DNA from: a virus
DNA length: 64,000 nucleotides
Virus record (IMG/VR): IMGVR_UViG_3300021354_000450
Location: 64,001 to 128,000 of that record
Direction: 5' to 3' (one strand)
This document shows positions 36,190 through 46,752 of this stretch, one piece after another; position 1 is the first letter of the stretch, and each line of letters begins with the position of its first letter. Made by a program: the position numbers and the translations under genes. The notes beneath the pieces are model-generated. The model did no database searches and was not told where the DNA came from. It was given only the letters and a program-made list of their open reading frames with translations.

Positions 36190-37398
36190 ATGGCAACAAT
36201 GAAACAAAAGAAAACTGAAAAAACACGTGAGTTTACTTCTGCAGAGAAAAACAAAGTTATCGAAAAACTTACCACTGCAAGAGTTGGTTTGCTTTTAAGA
36301 CATCCGTTTTTTGGTAACCTTGCAACACGATTAAAATTAGTTGATGCTAGTCATTGGTGCGAAACTCTTGCAACTGATGGAAGAACATTTTATTACAATG
36401 TTGGATTTGTTGATCGTCTTACTCCTAAACAAGCTGAATTTGGTTTTGCACATGAAGTATTACATAATGTGTTTGATCATATGGGTCGTCGAGATGGACG
36501 TGATCCAAAGCTTTCAAACATTGCGGCTGATTATGCAGTTAATCAAATTCTTAAAGATGAACGTATCGGAGAAGTTCCTGATTGGATTAAAATATTTCAA
36601 AATGACAAATATCGTAGTTGGTCATATGAACAAATTTACGCCGACCTTGACGAAAATGCAATTAAAATTGATTTTAATTCATTAGGTGAGTTATTTGATG
36701 AACATTTAGACGGAGATGAGGACGGTGACGGTCGTCCAAAATTAACTCCTGAAGAGAAAAAAGCAATACGTGATGAAATTAAAGAAGCTATGGTTTCGGC
36801 TGCACAATCTGCAGGTGCTGGTAAAGTTCCAGGTAGTATTGCTAGACTTATTTCAGATTTTACTGAACCAAAAATGGATTGGCGACAAATGTTGCGTATG
36901 AATATTCAAAGTATTCTAAAAAGCAATTTTAGTTTTAGTCGTCCAAATCGTAAATCACAGATGTGCGGTGCTATTTTGCCAGGCATGATGAATGAAGAAA
37001 CAATTGATGTTTGTTGTGCAATTGATATGTCAGGTTCTATTAGTGATAAAATGGGAAATGACTTTATCAGTGAAGTAAAAGGTATTATGGATGAATATCA
37101 AGATTTTAAATTAGATCTTTGGTGCTTTGATACACAAGTTTATAATCATGTAAAATTTAGTGGTGATAACGCAGGCGATATTTTAAATTATAAATGTATG
37201 GGCGGTGGTGGTACTGATTTTAATGCGAATTGGGAATTTATGAAAGAAAATGATATTAATCCAAAACGCTTTATTATGTTTACTGACGGTTATCCGTGCG
37301 GAAGTTGGGGTGATGAAGATTATTGTGAAACATTGTTTATTATTCACGGTGACGATTCCATAAATCCACCACACGGCCAGGTTGCTTATTATAAATAA
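36190..37398 (+). CDS. HExxH metallopeptidase-like + VWA domain protein (DUF2201-like; MoxR partner)
   Basis: LATDG, AHEVLH, NIAADYAVN; MIDAS DMSGS, GGGTDF, FTDG. Confidence 0.88.
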   Translation: MATMKQKKTEKTREFTSAEKNKVIEKLTTARVGLLLRHPFFGNLATRLKLVDASHWCETLATDGRTFYYNVGFVDRLTPKQAEFGFAHEVLHNVFDHMGRRDGRDPKLSNIAADYAVNQILKDERIGEVPDWIKIFQNDKYRSWSYEQIYADLDENAIKIDFNSLGELFDEHLDGDEDGDGRPKLTPEEKKAIRDEIKEAMVSAAQSAGAGKVPGSIARLISDFTEPKMDWRQMLRMNIQSILKSNFSFSRPNRKSQMCGAILPGMMNEETIDVCCAIDMSGSISDKMGNDFISEVKGIMDEYQDFKLDLWCFDTQVYNHVKFSGDNAGDILNYKCMGGGGTDFNANWEFMKENDINPKRFIMFTDGYPCGSWGDEDYCETLFIIHGDDSINPPHGQVAYYK

Positions 37399-37410
37399 AG
37401 TAGGTACATA

Positions 37411-37686
37411 ATGGCATTAGTTAGAGGAACAATTAATCCACTAAATGTATTAGGAGCAAGGCGTTTAACTTTTATACCTAAACACTTTGCTTCTATGACA
37501 ATTAAAAATAATTGGGATAAAATAGACAGTTGGATTTATAAAAATTTAGATAGTAGATATGCAATCATTCAAGATTTAGAAGTTGATCAAAATAATAAAA
37601 TAGTTGAGATCCACAAATTAGGTGTTGAAGATCCAAAAGAACTAACTATATTAAGTTTATCATGTCCGTACTTAGACAAAAATTAA
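37411..37686 (+). CDS. hypothetical protein
   Basis: ORF with TATAAATA at 37390-37397 upstream. Confidence 0.7.
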   Translation: MALVRGTINPLNVLGARRLTFIPKHFASMTIKNNWDKIDSWIYKNLDSRYAIIQDLEVDQNNKIVEIHKLGVEDPKELTILSLSCPYLDKN

Positions 37687-37698
37687 TAGGAGAAAGAA

Positions 37699-37920
37699 AT
37701 GTCTGAACAAGAAAATCAAACAGCAGCAACTGAAACATCGCAACCTGAATTAACTATTCAAGATTTAGGTAACTTACGTGCAATTATCGATGTTGCAAGT
37801 CAACGTGGTGCATTTAAAGCTGCAGAACTTCAAGCGGTAGGAACAGCATTTAATAAATTAAATGATTTTTTAAATTCAGTTGCACCTGCACAAACTGAAG
37901 AAGATCAACCAACTGCCTAA
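37699..37920 (+). CDS. phage hypothetical protein
   Basis: AGGAG SD; LTIQDL...IIDVASQRGAFKAAEL. Confidence 0.8.
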   Translation: MSEQENQTAATETSQPELTIQDLGNLRAIIDVASQRGAFKAAELQAVGTAFNKLNDFLNSVAPAQTEEDQPTA

Positions 37921-37933
37921 AAGGAGATCTTAA

Positions 37934-38542
37934 ATGAAACATGTTGGCAAAATGAAAAACAATGGGGCAAAAATAGTTATTGCATATCGAACTATCCCAG
38001 GTGATCCAAATTCTGCACTTGTTGTAGGTACGCAAGCCCTTATGGATTCGTACCACGACTCATTGATGAGTTTAGTTGAATCAGATGCTGGTCAACAAGC
38101 AGATGAATTAGCAGATGTAATGGCTGTACGTAGATTTCCTGATGGTACTGGCATGTTGCAATATGTCCATGCCAACGGTTATTTAACAAAGGTTCCTACT
38201 TCTGGAGTATTAGTTACTCCAGATAACAAAACATCTGTTCCGTTAGATGAATTAAACAATATTATTGCACAACAAAAAGGCGTTACATTAAACGAACTTG
38301 CAATTAAAGATGGTTCTAATTCAACTGTACCAACAATATCAAATACTGATGTAGTAACAGATTATACAAACGAAATTGTTATTGAAGATTCTCAAACTTC
38401 TGTTACATTAACCCCAGCAGAAATGCGGTCACGTGCAGATGCTTTATATAAAGAAGCAGCAAAACTTCGAAAATCAGCAGATGAAATTGATCCGCCAAAA
38501 AGTAAAAAAACAAAAGAAGTTGTTTCTACAGAAACTGCTTAA
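37934..38542 (+). CDS. phage hypothetical protein
   Basis: AAGGAG SD; MKHVG N-terminus, C-terminal coiled coil. Confidence 0.8.
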   Translation: MKHVGKMKNNGAKIVIAYRTIPGDPNSALVVGTQALMDSYHDSLMSLVESDAGQQADELADVMAVRRFPDGTGMLQYVHANGYLTKVPTSGVLVTPDNKTSVPLDELNNIIAQQKGVTLNELAIKDGSNSTVPTISNTDVVTDYTNEIVIEDSQTSVTLTPAEMRSRADALYKEAAKLRKSADEIDPPKSKKTKEVVSTETA

Positions 38543-38554
38543 TAGTTTTAAGAT

Positions 38555-38580
38555 AAAAACCCGCATTATGCGGGTTTTTT
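38555..38580. terminator. bidirectional terminator at the convergence of the two transcription arms
   Basis: AAAAACCCGCA-TTA-TGCGGGTTTTT. Confidence 0.9.
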
Positions 38581-38587
38581 ATTGATA

Positions 38588-40669
38588 TTATACAACTTTA
38601 ACTTCAATAACTCCATCAACTCCGTTAAAATCTTCTAGAGCACGAGCTAATATTGCATTAGGATTGTCATTTGCAAATGCACGTTCAGCATATCCAGGTT
38701 TTGATGATGTAACTAATAAATCACCTTTAGTGATAGGACCGACTACTTTACAAGGAACACGACCTGCAATTGCAATGTAAGGGTGAGTGTCATTATCTCC
38801 TGCATCAATATTTAAAGTATATGCAGGATTAGTTGAAACGATTCCAACTTGTGCTGGATTACCATGACGATTAGTTGTAGTTACTTCTTCTTCCCCACCT
38901 ATAATTAAAACTGTTCCTGGTTCATATATTTGATCAGCTGCATATCGTTCTGCTAAATCTGCATATGTTGCATTTAAAGTTGCTCCGCCATTTAAAGTCC
39001 ATGCTCCACTTATTTGACTACCATTTGCATCTGCAATTAATGTACTTATTGTTAATCCGTTAAATGTTGGACTACTTGATGTTGCAATAGATTGAGGAAG
39101 AGATAAAGTTACTGCTCCGGCACTTGAAGAAACATTAATTTGATTAGCAGTTCCTGTTAATGATGATACCCCATAAGATGAAAGAGATGCTTCTGTAATT
39201 ACTCTCGAATTGTTATCATATAAGAAATCTGCATTAACTCTTTTAAAAGTAACAGTTGCAGTTGTATTAATTGCTTGTGGTAAAGAAAGTGTTGGATTTT
39301 GTCCAGTTGAAACATTAATTTGATAAGTAGTTCCAGATAACGATAAAATTCCTGTATTAGTTAAACTTACATTTAGTGTATTAGCATAAGATAGCGTTCC
39401 TCCGCCAGTTAATCCAGTTCCTGCTGCAATTGTAACACTTGTTAAAACTCGTTTAGAACCTTCGTATAATAGATCACCAGAAATATTATTACCATTAATT
39501 GTTGGTCCATTAAATACAGAACAAGTAATTGTAGTACAATCAACCCACTGACTGTTAACTCTAGTTCCGTTAACTGTAGTTCCGTTAACTGTAGTTCCGT
39601 TAAATGTTGTTCCATTAATTGTAGTAGCAGATATTGAATTAAAATATCCAAATCCAAACTTTTGATTTGAAGCACCTAAATTTACCGATGCTGCTGACGG
39701 ATTTGGTAAAATGTTACCTGTATTATTTGATCCGGTTGAAATATAAAAAATATTAAAATAATCATTTTCATTTGTTGAAACTTTATTACTTGTTGTAATA
39801 TTAAAATACAATTTATTACTAGTATTATTTCCAACATGACTTATGTGTGCAGCTCCATTGATGATATGAAGTTTTAAAACACCTTGTTGACCAATCAATA
39901 TTCCTGAATCATCTGCAACTGAAATTGAACCACTTAATGACGAAAGTTGACTAGATAATAAAAAATCATCAGCTGAATGATACGTTCCATTTGCTTTAAC
40001 TAAGCCTAAAGAAGTTGCCGCAGTTCCCCAAAGAATATGACCCCCATTTAAAGGTGTAAAACTAATGCCGTGAATATCACTTGAAGGAAAAGTTATACCT
40101 TTTTTAACTAACGGAAATAACGAATATGATTGATCAGATGATTTTGTTGTAAAGTCAATTGAAGATGAAACAAACGTATCTTCTGAGTTAACAATCATCT
40201 TAATAACTGTCTGTTCTACCTCTGCATTATTAACTATAATTGATTCAATTGCACCACTTGTATTTGATCTTGAAGTTAGTGGTCCGACAATTACCCAATT
40301 TGTGCCAACTCCGGTATATGCATATAATCGATTTTCATTTTTATCAAACCATAAATCACCTGCATTATATCCAGATGATGGTCTTACCGTTCCATTTTCA
40401 ATAATACCTAATGATTTAAACTGTGTTCCGTCAAAAATTTTAAATTTTTTGTTAGCGGAATCAAACCATGCCTGACCAGTAAGGCGTTTACTTGGGGGTG
40501 TTGTATTTGAAAAATTTTCTAAAATCTTTACAAAATTTTCATTAAATGCTTCTCCATACCCTAAGAAGTTTTTTCCTATTAACGTAAGATCAAGTGAATT
40601 AGTATCAGCTGTTCCATCTTGAATAACTGCTATCTTTGTACCGTTTGTTTTGTTTATAATATATGGCAT
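38588..40669 (-). CDS. tail fibre/baseplate-appendage protein with C-terminal intramolecular-chaperone-like (peptidase G2-like) domain
   Basis: shared N-terminal module (LIGKN...ENF...GQAWFD...GDLWFD); Thr/Asn-rich shaft; YADLAERY...GIVSTNP...GRVPCKV...KGDLLV. Confidence 0.75.
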   Translation of the reverse strand: MPYIINKTNGTKIAVIQDGTADTNSLDLTLIGKNFLGYGEAFNENFVKILENFSNTTPPSKRLTGQAWFDSANKKFKIFDGTQFKSLGIIENGTVRPSSGYNAGDLWFDKNENRLYAYTGVGTNWVIVGPLTSRSNTSGAIESIIVNNAEVEQTVIKMIVNSEDTFVSSSIDFTTKSSDQSYSLFPLVKKGITFPSSDIHGISFTPLNGGHILWGTAATSLGLVKANGTYHSADDFLLSSQLSSLSGSISVADDSGILIGQQGVLKLHIINGAAHISHVGNNTSNKLYFNITTSNKVSTNENDYFNIFYISTGSNNTGNILPNPSAASVNLGASNQKFGFGYFNSISATTINGTTFNGTTVNGTTVNGTRVNSQWVDCTTITCSVFNGPTINGNNISGDLLYEGSKRVLTSVTIAAGTGLTGGGTLSYANTLNVSLTNTGILSLSGTTYQINVSTGQNPTLSLPQAINTTATVTFKRVNADFLYDNNSRVITEASLSSYGVSSLTGTANQINVSSSAGAVTLSLPQSIATSSSPTFNGLTISTLIADANGSQISGAWTLNGGATLNATYADLAERYAADQIYEPGTVLIIGGEEEVTTTNRHGNPAQVGIVSTNPAYTLNIDAGDNDTHPYIAIAGRVPCKVVGPITKGDLLVTSSKPGYAERAFANDNPNAILARALEDFNGVDGVIEVKVV
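39554..39625 (-). repeat. 15-bp tandem coding repeat (xNGTT pentapeptide)
   Basis: GTTAACTGTAGTTCC-type units; translates TTINGTTFNGTTVNGTTVNGTRVN. Confidence 0.85.
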
Positions 40670-40682
40670 AATTTTGTCTACT

Positions 40683-42956
40683 TTAATATTTTATAATTGG
40701 TAACAATGCAATGTTTCTTGGGCGAGTTTCAGTTCCACCTATAGGTTGTATATCTGCCGAATCATTGACACCAACTGCTTGTTCAGCTCCTGAACCTGTA
40801 ACATCGTTTCCGGTGAGAGAACCTCCATATGGAGGTCGTAGTAATCTTGTAAAATTTCCATTTGCATGATTATGTGACTTGAAGTCATCAGTTTGATGTG
40901 AACCTAATACACGACCTGTATCAACTCCTCGACCAAGATCTGCACCTCGGACAAATTCGCCTCTTAAATCAGGTACACGAAAATTTGCACCACTACCTCC
41001 ATATGTATATCCGATAACTTCAAATAGATCTGGAAAAGATGCAGTTGCATATGATGCGCCATTTGCAACAAGATATCCTGTAGGCGGTGTTGTTCCTGCT
41101 GAATAAAAAATTGATCCAACCGGAACTGTTTTAATATTTGATAATGCTAATTGAAGTTGACTTGCAATCTGATCAATATAAGTTTTAACTGCTTTTTGGG
41201 TTGATAATCTATTATTAGAATCAGCAGTCAATGTTCCATCAGTATCAAACTTGTTAATAAGTGTGCTATCTCTATCTAAAATATTCGTTGCAACAATTGT
41301 ATTTGTATCAATAGTATCAAATTGCGTATCTGTAATAGTTGCAAATGTAGCTGTAATATTATTTACAAACACATTATCCCATTTTAAACTATTTGATCCA
41401 ATTGAATATAAATTAGGTGTGTTTGGAAGGAGATTTCCTTCAATTAACGGTGTTCCAGTAAATAAAATTGATGATAAGTGTGATCCTGCAGAAATTTCCG
41501 ATGTGTGTACCACATTTTCAATCCATAAGTCGGTAATTGTCGCACTTGATGATTTAATATTATTTGCAATTACATTATTCCACTTTAAACTATTTGTTCC
41601 TAATGAATATGTATTATCTGTCGAAGGAACAATATCTCCCGAAACATGCGGAGATCCTGTAACTACAATTGACGAAACAGCAGAACCTGCAGAAATGCCT
41701 GTAGTATACACAATATTAAATCGGTTACTAGATGTTCCTAAACTATTTGATAAATCAGTTTCTGGAGAAAGTGTAGATAGTGGTGATAGCTTCCACGCTC
41801 CGACTAAACTTGCACTATTTGACGAAGTGCCTGCATTTAATGTTTTTGAATATACTGTATTAAATCTATTTGAAAAAGACCCTAAATCATTTTGAATATC
41901 ACTACTTGGATTTAATTTGCTATTAGTTGTTAATTTCCAATCACCTTCTAAACTTCCAACTGTAGATGAATTTCCACTACTTATTTTTGAAATGTATCCA
42001 ATTCCAAATGGATGACTAGTAGTTCCTAAATTAACAACGTTAGTTAAAACAGATAAAGAATTACCATTAAATGTTAATTCTGAAGTACCTGACTTTAATT
42101 TAATATTGCTAGTCGAATCTAAAAATATAGATGATAAAGAATTATCCCAATAAATTGATGATTCTTCAGAAGTTCCAAAATAAAGTAAATTAGTTGAATC
42201 AATAGACCAATTTGATTGAATATGTTCTGCAAAATTTCTACGAACAAAAGTTTGATCTAATTGGTTATGAAGACCATAAAGACTTATGTCTGATGCAGAA
42301 GCAGTAAACGTGCTTGAACTATAATTTTTAAATGTTATTCCACGATAAACTTTTGAAAATCCAGAAATCGGATTTTGTAAAGTTTGAACAAATGTATCAG
42401 GACTTTGAATACTGATAACTTCTCCATTAACAATCGTTTGAATAACTGCATGAGGAGTTCCTAGATTATCAAACATTTTAGCAGAAGACATTTTAGTTAT
42501 TCCAAACCCTGCAACTGATTCAGGACCGATTAGTGTAGTTTGTGTTGCAACCGTTGTTCCACTTGTAACAACATGTAGTTGTTTATTAACGCTATCAAAC
42601 CAAAAATCACCTGGTCGGCTTGCTGCAAAAGGAGCACCTTCTACATTAACTATTGTATCTGTAGGAGATGTTCCATACCACGAAATTGCTAAAGGACGCC
42701 AATTAGTATCATCAAATACTGCAGGACGAAATACTCTATCAGTTGTATTAAACCAAAGTTGCCCTTGAAGAGGACTTCGTGGTTCAAAATTATAAGAAAA
42801 ATTTTCTAATAAATGAAGGAAATTTTCATTTTGAACATCTCCAAAGTTTGAAACATTTTTTCCAATTAATCCAACTGACGTTAGTTCGTTATCAATTACT
42901 CCGTCATTTAAAAGAACAAGTGTTCCACCATCAGTTTTACTTAAAGTATATGCCAT
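40683..42956 (-). CDS. tail fibre protein with phage tail-collar domain
   Basis: start MAYTLSK at 42956; internal LxP...LG...RF repeats; VPVGSIF...GYLVANG...PDLRGEFVRG...ETRPRNIALLPIIKY. Confidence 0.85.
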   Translation of the reverse strand: MAYTLSKTDGGTLVLLNDGVIDNELTSVGLIGKNVSNFGDVQNENFLHLLENFSYNFEPRSPLQGQLWFNTTDRVFRPAVFDDTNWRPLAISWYGTSPTDTIVNVEGAPFAASRPGDFWFDSVNKQLHVVTSGTTVATQTTLIGPESVAGFGITKMSSAKMFDNLGTPHAVIQTIVNGEVISIQSPDTFVQTLQNPISGFSKVYRGITFKNYSSSTFTASASDISLYGLHNQLDQTFVRRNFAEHIQSNWSIDSTNLLYFGTSEESSIYWDNSLSSIFLDSTSNIKLKSGTSELTFNGNSLSVLTNVVNLGTTSHPFGIGYISKISSGNSSTVGSLEGDWKLTTNSKLNPSSDIQNDLGSFSNRFNTVYSKTLNAGTSSNSASLVGAWKLSPLSTLSPETDLSNSLGTSSNRFNIVYTTGISAGSAVSSIVVTGSPHVSGDIVPSTDNTYSLGTNSLKWNNVIANNIKSSSATITDLWIENVVHTSEISAGSHLSSILFTGTPLIEGNLLPNTPNLYSIGSNSLKWDNVFVNNITATFATITDTQFDTIDTNTIVATNILDRDSTLINKFDTDGTLTADSNNRLSTQKAVKTYIDQIASQLQLALSNIKTVPVGSIFYSAGTTPPTGYLVANGASYATASFPDLFEVIGYTYGGSGANFRVPDLRGEFVRGADLGRGVDTGRVLGSHQTDDFKSHNHANGNFTRLLRPPYGGSLTGNDVTGSGAEQAVGVNDSADIQPIGGTETRPRNIALLPIIKY

Positions 42957-42967
42957 TATGTTTTTCC

Positions 42968-45007
42968 TTAAATCCAAGTTCCGTCGTTGTACACTGTATT
43001 TGATGTACCTGAATAAGTTGATCGAACCCAAGTTTGTGCACCTGCTGATCCAGCTACAGTATATTGTTTAATACATCGATTAATACCTAAATTTGCTGCA
43101 GGAAGATCAATGTTTACACTATAATTCGGTGAATATTGAATAACCCTTTCTGCATTTTGAACTCCTTCTTTATCAACAAAAACAGGAATAGTGTCAATTG
43201 CTTTACTTTGAACATCAAGTACTTTTGGAGTGGTATATCGTGTACATAAAACTCTTGCTCTTGATCCTGACGGTGTATCATATGGAATCGGAGCATTAGG
43301 ATCAAGCAAATAACCTAACATCTGAATTACAAAAATATCAAGTTCCGGATCTTCAGGATTAGTTGCATGACCTGTAACATCAATTGTTAGTGCAATTTTT
43401 TGATTTTGTGAAATTCCAACTTCAGATCGAACAAAATCTACAGTTGCAACTTCTTGAAGAAAATTATTCCATAAAGTTCCAGATGAAACACCTGGTGGAG
43501 TAGGAGTACGGGCATTTGTTAATTTGGTTCCATTAAAATTAATATTTGAAGTAAGATTATCACCTATTACAATCGAACTAAGTTGTCCATTTGTTATATC
43601 CGAATTAATTCCAAAAGTTGTTTCTCTCGACCCACTTCTATAAATTTTAACATCACAAACAGTGGTAGATGTTGATACAATAAGATTTTCAAGTCCCAAT
43701 GCATTTTTAATATCAAGACCTAACGAATCTTTAGTAAGAACTATGTTTCCATCAATCATATAAGTTGATGTAGACCCTCTTAATTCAAAATTATCAGTTG
43801 CTTGCCATACATTTGATGAATTTGTATTTGGTCCAAGTTGATCAATTTGATCAGCAGTTTGAAACCATTTAATATATCTATTATAAGGAAAACTTTGAAG
43901 GATGATTCCGCCTCCAGTTGATTTAATATTATTTGATACATTTGTCGCTGAATACGCTAATGTTATTGTGTTATCAAGAATTAGTAAATCTTGAGATTCA
44001 ACATTAGAAGTTGCTCCTAAAACAAATAAATTTCCATCAATTGTAACATCACCTTTAACTGAAAACTCACTTTTAGGAGTAGTTGTAAAAACTCCAACCC
44101 TACCATTAACTGAATCAAGGTGAAGTGCAGGGTCAGATGTTGCAAACGAATTCATTTGTAATTGAAATGGTTGTTCTTGTTTAGCAATTTTCAAAACAGC
44201 AACATTGTTTACAACTGAGAATTTAAAGTTTTCAACATAAACATTTGATGACGGATGCGTCCCAATAGAAAAATTATTAAAAACTCTAACAGAATTAGAA
44301 AAATCGATTTGTTTATTATCAATAATAACTTGTTCAGGAGTGATTATACGGCCTAAACTATCAGTTAGTGATTCAGCACTTGTTGCAGTTCCGATAAATT
44401 TAGTTTTTAAAGTTGAATCATAACGTGCATTATATCCAAGTTTAATACTTTTAAAATTTATATAATTTGGATCAGAAGGTGCAACAGAAAATGTAACATT
44501 ACTTGCTACCCCAATGATGTTATTATTCGAATAAAGACTTAAAACAGATGAAGTATTTCCAGTATTAGTCTGCCAAATTTCTTGAATCCATCCTGACTTT
44601 CCTGATGAAGAAGTATATTCAGGACCAATTACAACAATTGTGCTTGGATCTTTTTGAAACTTTAATTGTGAAGTTGTTGTATCATACCATAAATCGCCGA
44701 CTGTTAATGTATTTGGTTTTGTTGCACTAATAATTGGAGAACCAACTTGTTTAAATTCATTGTTTACCGTATATACTTTAATTTTTTGAGTAACTGTATC
44801 AAACCAAAGTTGTCCTTGAAGAGGTGCAACTGGTTCTGTCGAATTAGCAAAATTTTCTAAAATTCTGATATAGTTTTGATTAATATCAGTTCCATAGGCA
44901 TTTACGTTTTTGCCAATTAAAGTTAAACTTGTAGAAACACTATCCGATGTTTGATCAGGAAGTGTTAATAATATCTTACCATTTGTTAGTTTTAATGTAT
45001 ATGCCAT
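42968..45007 (-). CDS. tail fibre/baseplate structural protein (paralog)
   Basis: MAYTL...LTLIGKN...ENFA...GQLWFD...GDLWYD N-module; GRVGVFTTTP repeat. Confidence 0.75.
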   Translation of the reverse strand: MAYTLKLTNGKILLTLPDQTSDSVSTSLTLIGKNVNAYGTDINQNYIRILENFANSTEPVAPLQGQLWFDTVTQKIKVYTVNNEFKQVGSPIISATKPNTLTVGDLWYDTTTSQLKFQKDPSTIVVIGPEYTSSSGKSGWIQEIWQTNTGNTSSVLSLYSNNNIIGVASNVTFSVAPSDPNYINFKSIKLGYNARYDSTLKTKFIGTATSAESLTDSLGRIITPEQVIIDNKQIDFSNSVRVFNNFSIGTHPSSNVYVENFKFSVVNNVAVLKIAKQEQPFQLQMNSFATSDPALHLDSVNGRVGVFTTTPKSEFSVKGDVTIDGNLFVLGATSNVESQDLLILDNTITLAYSATNVSNNIKSTGGGIILQSFPYNRYIKWFQTADQIDQLGPNTNSSNVWQATDNFELRGSTSTYMIDGNIVLTKDSLGLDIKNALGLENLIVSTSTTVCDVKIYRSGSRETTFGINSDITNGQLSSIVIGDNLTSNINFNGTKLTNARTPTPPGVSSGTLWNNFLQEVATVDFVRSEVGISQNQKIALTIDVTGHATNPEDPELDIFVIQMLGYLLDPNAPIPYDTPSGSRARVLCTRYTTPKVLDVQSKAIDTIPVFVDKEGVQNAERVIQYSPNYSVNIDLPAANLGINRCIKQYTVAGSAGAQTWVRSTYSGTSNTVYNDGTWI

Positions 45008-45018
45008 TTATTTTCTCT

Positions 45019-46749
45019 TTAGATCAATCTTTCAACTATTAAAGAAGCTGAATTTGGGCTGCTAGTACGCAAACATGTTAATCTGTATATTTTTTCTTCT
45101 GTTATATTTTGAATATGAACAACCATCGAACTCCCAATCGCTGTTAATTGTGTATTTGACACAGGTGTCCACGTTGATAGGCTAGAAAACCGATTAACTA
45201 CTCCGGCAGGCGTTGGATTATATAAAACAAGTGCTGAAAAAGCAACATCAAGTATTCCAGAAACCGAATTGATCTGAACAATTCCTCCAGTTGTTACTCT
45301 TGCCTGTAAATTGTCAAAGCTTACTACTGTATCAAACGGAACATTGTTATTAGTTCTTATTTTAGTAACAACATTTGTAGCAGACGTTGCTGATACTACA
45401 ACAAGATCATTATCAACATATAAATTTCCACCAATTCCTACTCCGCCACTAACTGTTAATGCACCAGTTGTTGTGTTTATCGAAGTTGTTGAATTGTTTA
45501 TAAAAAATGGTTGAGTTGTTCCTGCTAATGCAGCCCATCGAACTCCGGTTCCGTCTGTAATAAGAACTTGTCCAGATACTCCAGATAACCCATTTATCCA
45601 AATTCTTTTATTTGCATTAATATACAATTCATTTCTAAGATTTAAATTTCCGCCAATACTAACTGAATTACTAATTGTTGCAGAATTCGAAACAATAATA
45701 TTTGCAACAGTTACTGTATTTACAGTATTTGTTAATAGTAAATTTCCACCAATAATTAAATCACCACCAATTCCTACTCCGCCACCGACTACTAATGCTC
45801 CAGTACTGGTAGAAGAAGCAGTTGTTTGTGAATTAATTTTAACCTGTGTAGGATTCCCACCAATTTCAACAATTTTAATATTGCCAGCATTGTTATTTTT
45901 AATATTAAATGCAAACGAACCATAACTATTATAAGAATTGACAAAATTTGCAACTGAATTATTACGTTCGATAATAAAAGTTGGATCTGTTCCTATTCTT
46001 AAAGCATTTCCATCCGTTGCAATTGTAAATTGACCATACAATGTTTGATTAAGATCTTTTCTTAAAAATGAATTCCCGTTAACAGAAATTCCATTTTGTT
46101 TTAAATTATTTGACGAGTATGATGTTCCATTAAAAATTGCACCTTCAGCAAGATTAACACCAAATTGAAGTGTTGTTGACCCTGAAAATCCATCAATAAC
46201 ATTTTTTGCAATGAACGCTTCTGATGCGATAACCGAAACAACGTTACCTCCAACAATATTTTTAATAATGTAATGTGGTTGACTTGTAACATCTTCAACT
46301 ATTAATGGTACTGCTCCTGATTCAACTGATCCGAAACTTTGATCACCGATTGGTTTCCAAATACTGCCGGTATAAAATTTAACTATATAGTTATAGGTAT
46401 CAACCCAGATATCGCCTGCACTAACATTTGTTGGTTCAGTTTCTTGTTGAAATAAACCATTAATTGGTTTCCAATTTGCATTACTTGCAGCACCGTCATT
46501 AATTCGTAACTTTTTGGTACCACTATCAAACCATAGTTGTCCTTCAATTGGATTAACCGGAGGAAATGTATTTGAAGAATTTTCTAACAAATGAATAAAA
46601 TTTTCTGCAATTGATTGACCGTATGTTGGAAAATTTCTTCCAACAAGTGTAAGACCACCAGTTCCGACACCGTTGTATTGAACTTCATCTTGTACTACAA
46701 TAGGATAACTATATTTTGCCGGATCTGAATAAAAAATAGAATAACTCAT
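45019..46749 (-). CDS. tail fibre/baseplate structural protein (paralog)
   Basis: same N-module; two STSTGALVVxGGVGIGG repeats typical of fibre shafts. Confidence 0.75.
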   Translation of the reverse strand: MSYSIFYSDPAKYSYPIVVQDEVQYNGVGTGGLTLVGRNFPTYGQSIAENFIHLLENSSNTFPPVNPIEGQLWFDSGTKKLRINDGAASNANWKPINGLFQQETEPTNVSAGDIWVDTYNYIVKFYTGSIWKPIGDQSFGSVESGAVPLIVEDVTSQPHYIIKNIVGGNVVSVIASEAFIAKNVIDGFSGSTTLQFGVNLAEGAIFNGTSYSSNNLKQNGISVNGNSFLRKDLNQTLYGQFTIATDGNALRIGTDPTFIIERNNSVANFVNSYNSYGSFAFNIKNNNAGNIKIVEIGGNPTQVKINSQTTASSTSTGALVVGGGVGIGGDLIIGGNLLLTNTVNTVTVANIIVSNSATISNSVSIGGNLNLRNELYINANKRIWINGLSGVSGQVLITDGTGVRWAALAGTTQPFFINNSTTSINTTTGALTVSGGVGIGGNLYVDNDLVVVSATSATNVVTKIRTNNNVPFDTVVSFDNLQARVTTGGIVQINSVSGILDVAFSALVLYNPTPAGVVNRFSSLSTWTPVSNTQLTAIGSSMVVHIQNITEEKIYRLTCLRTSSPNSASLIVERLI

Positions 46750-46752
46750 TTA

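Noticed and set aside
41251-41895. 214-aa plus-strand ORF and other antisense/shadow ORFs (e.g. 759-1118, 4899-5288, 9717-10058, 10686-11054, 14080-14397, 20270-20605)
   Set aside because: They overlap well-supported genes on the opposite strand or frame, with no recognisable motifs; expected from codon bias
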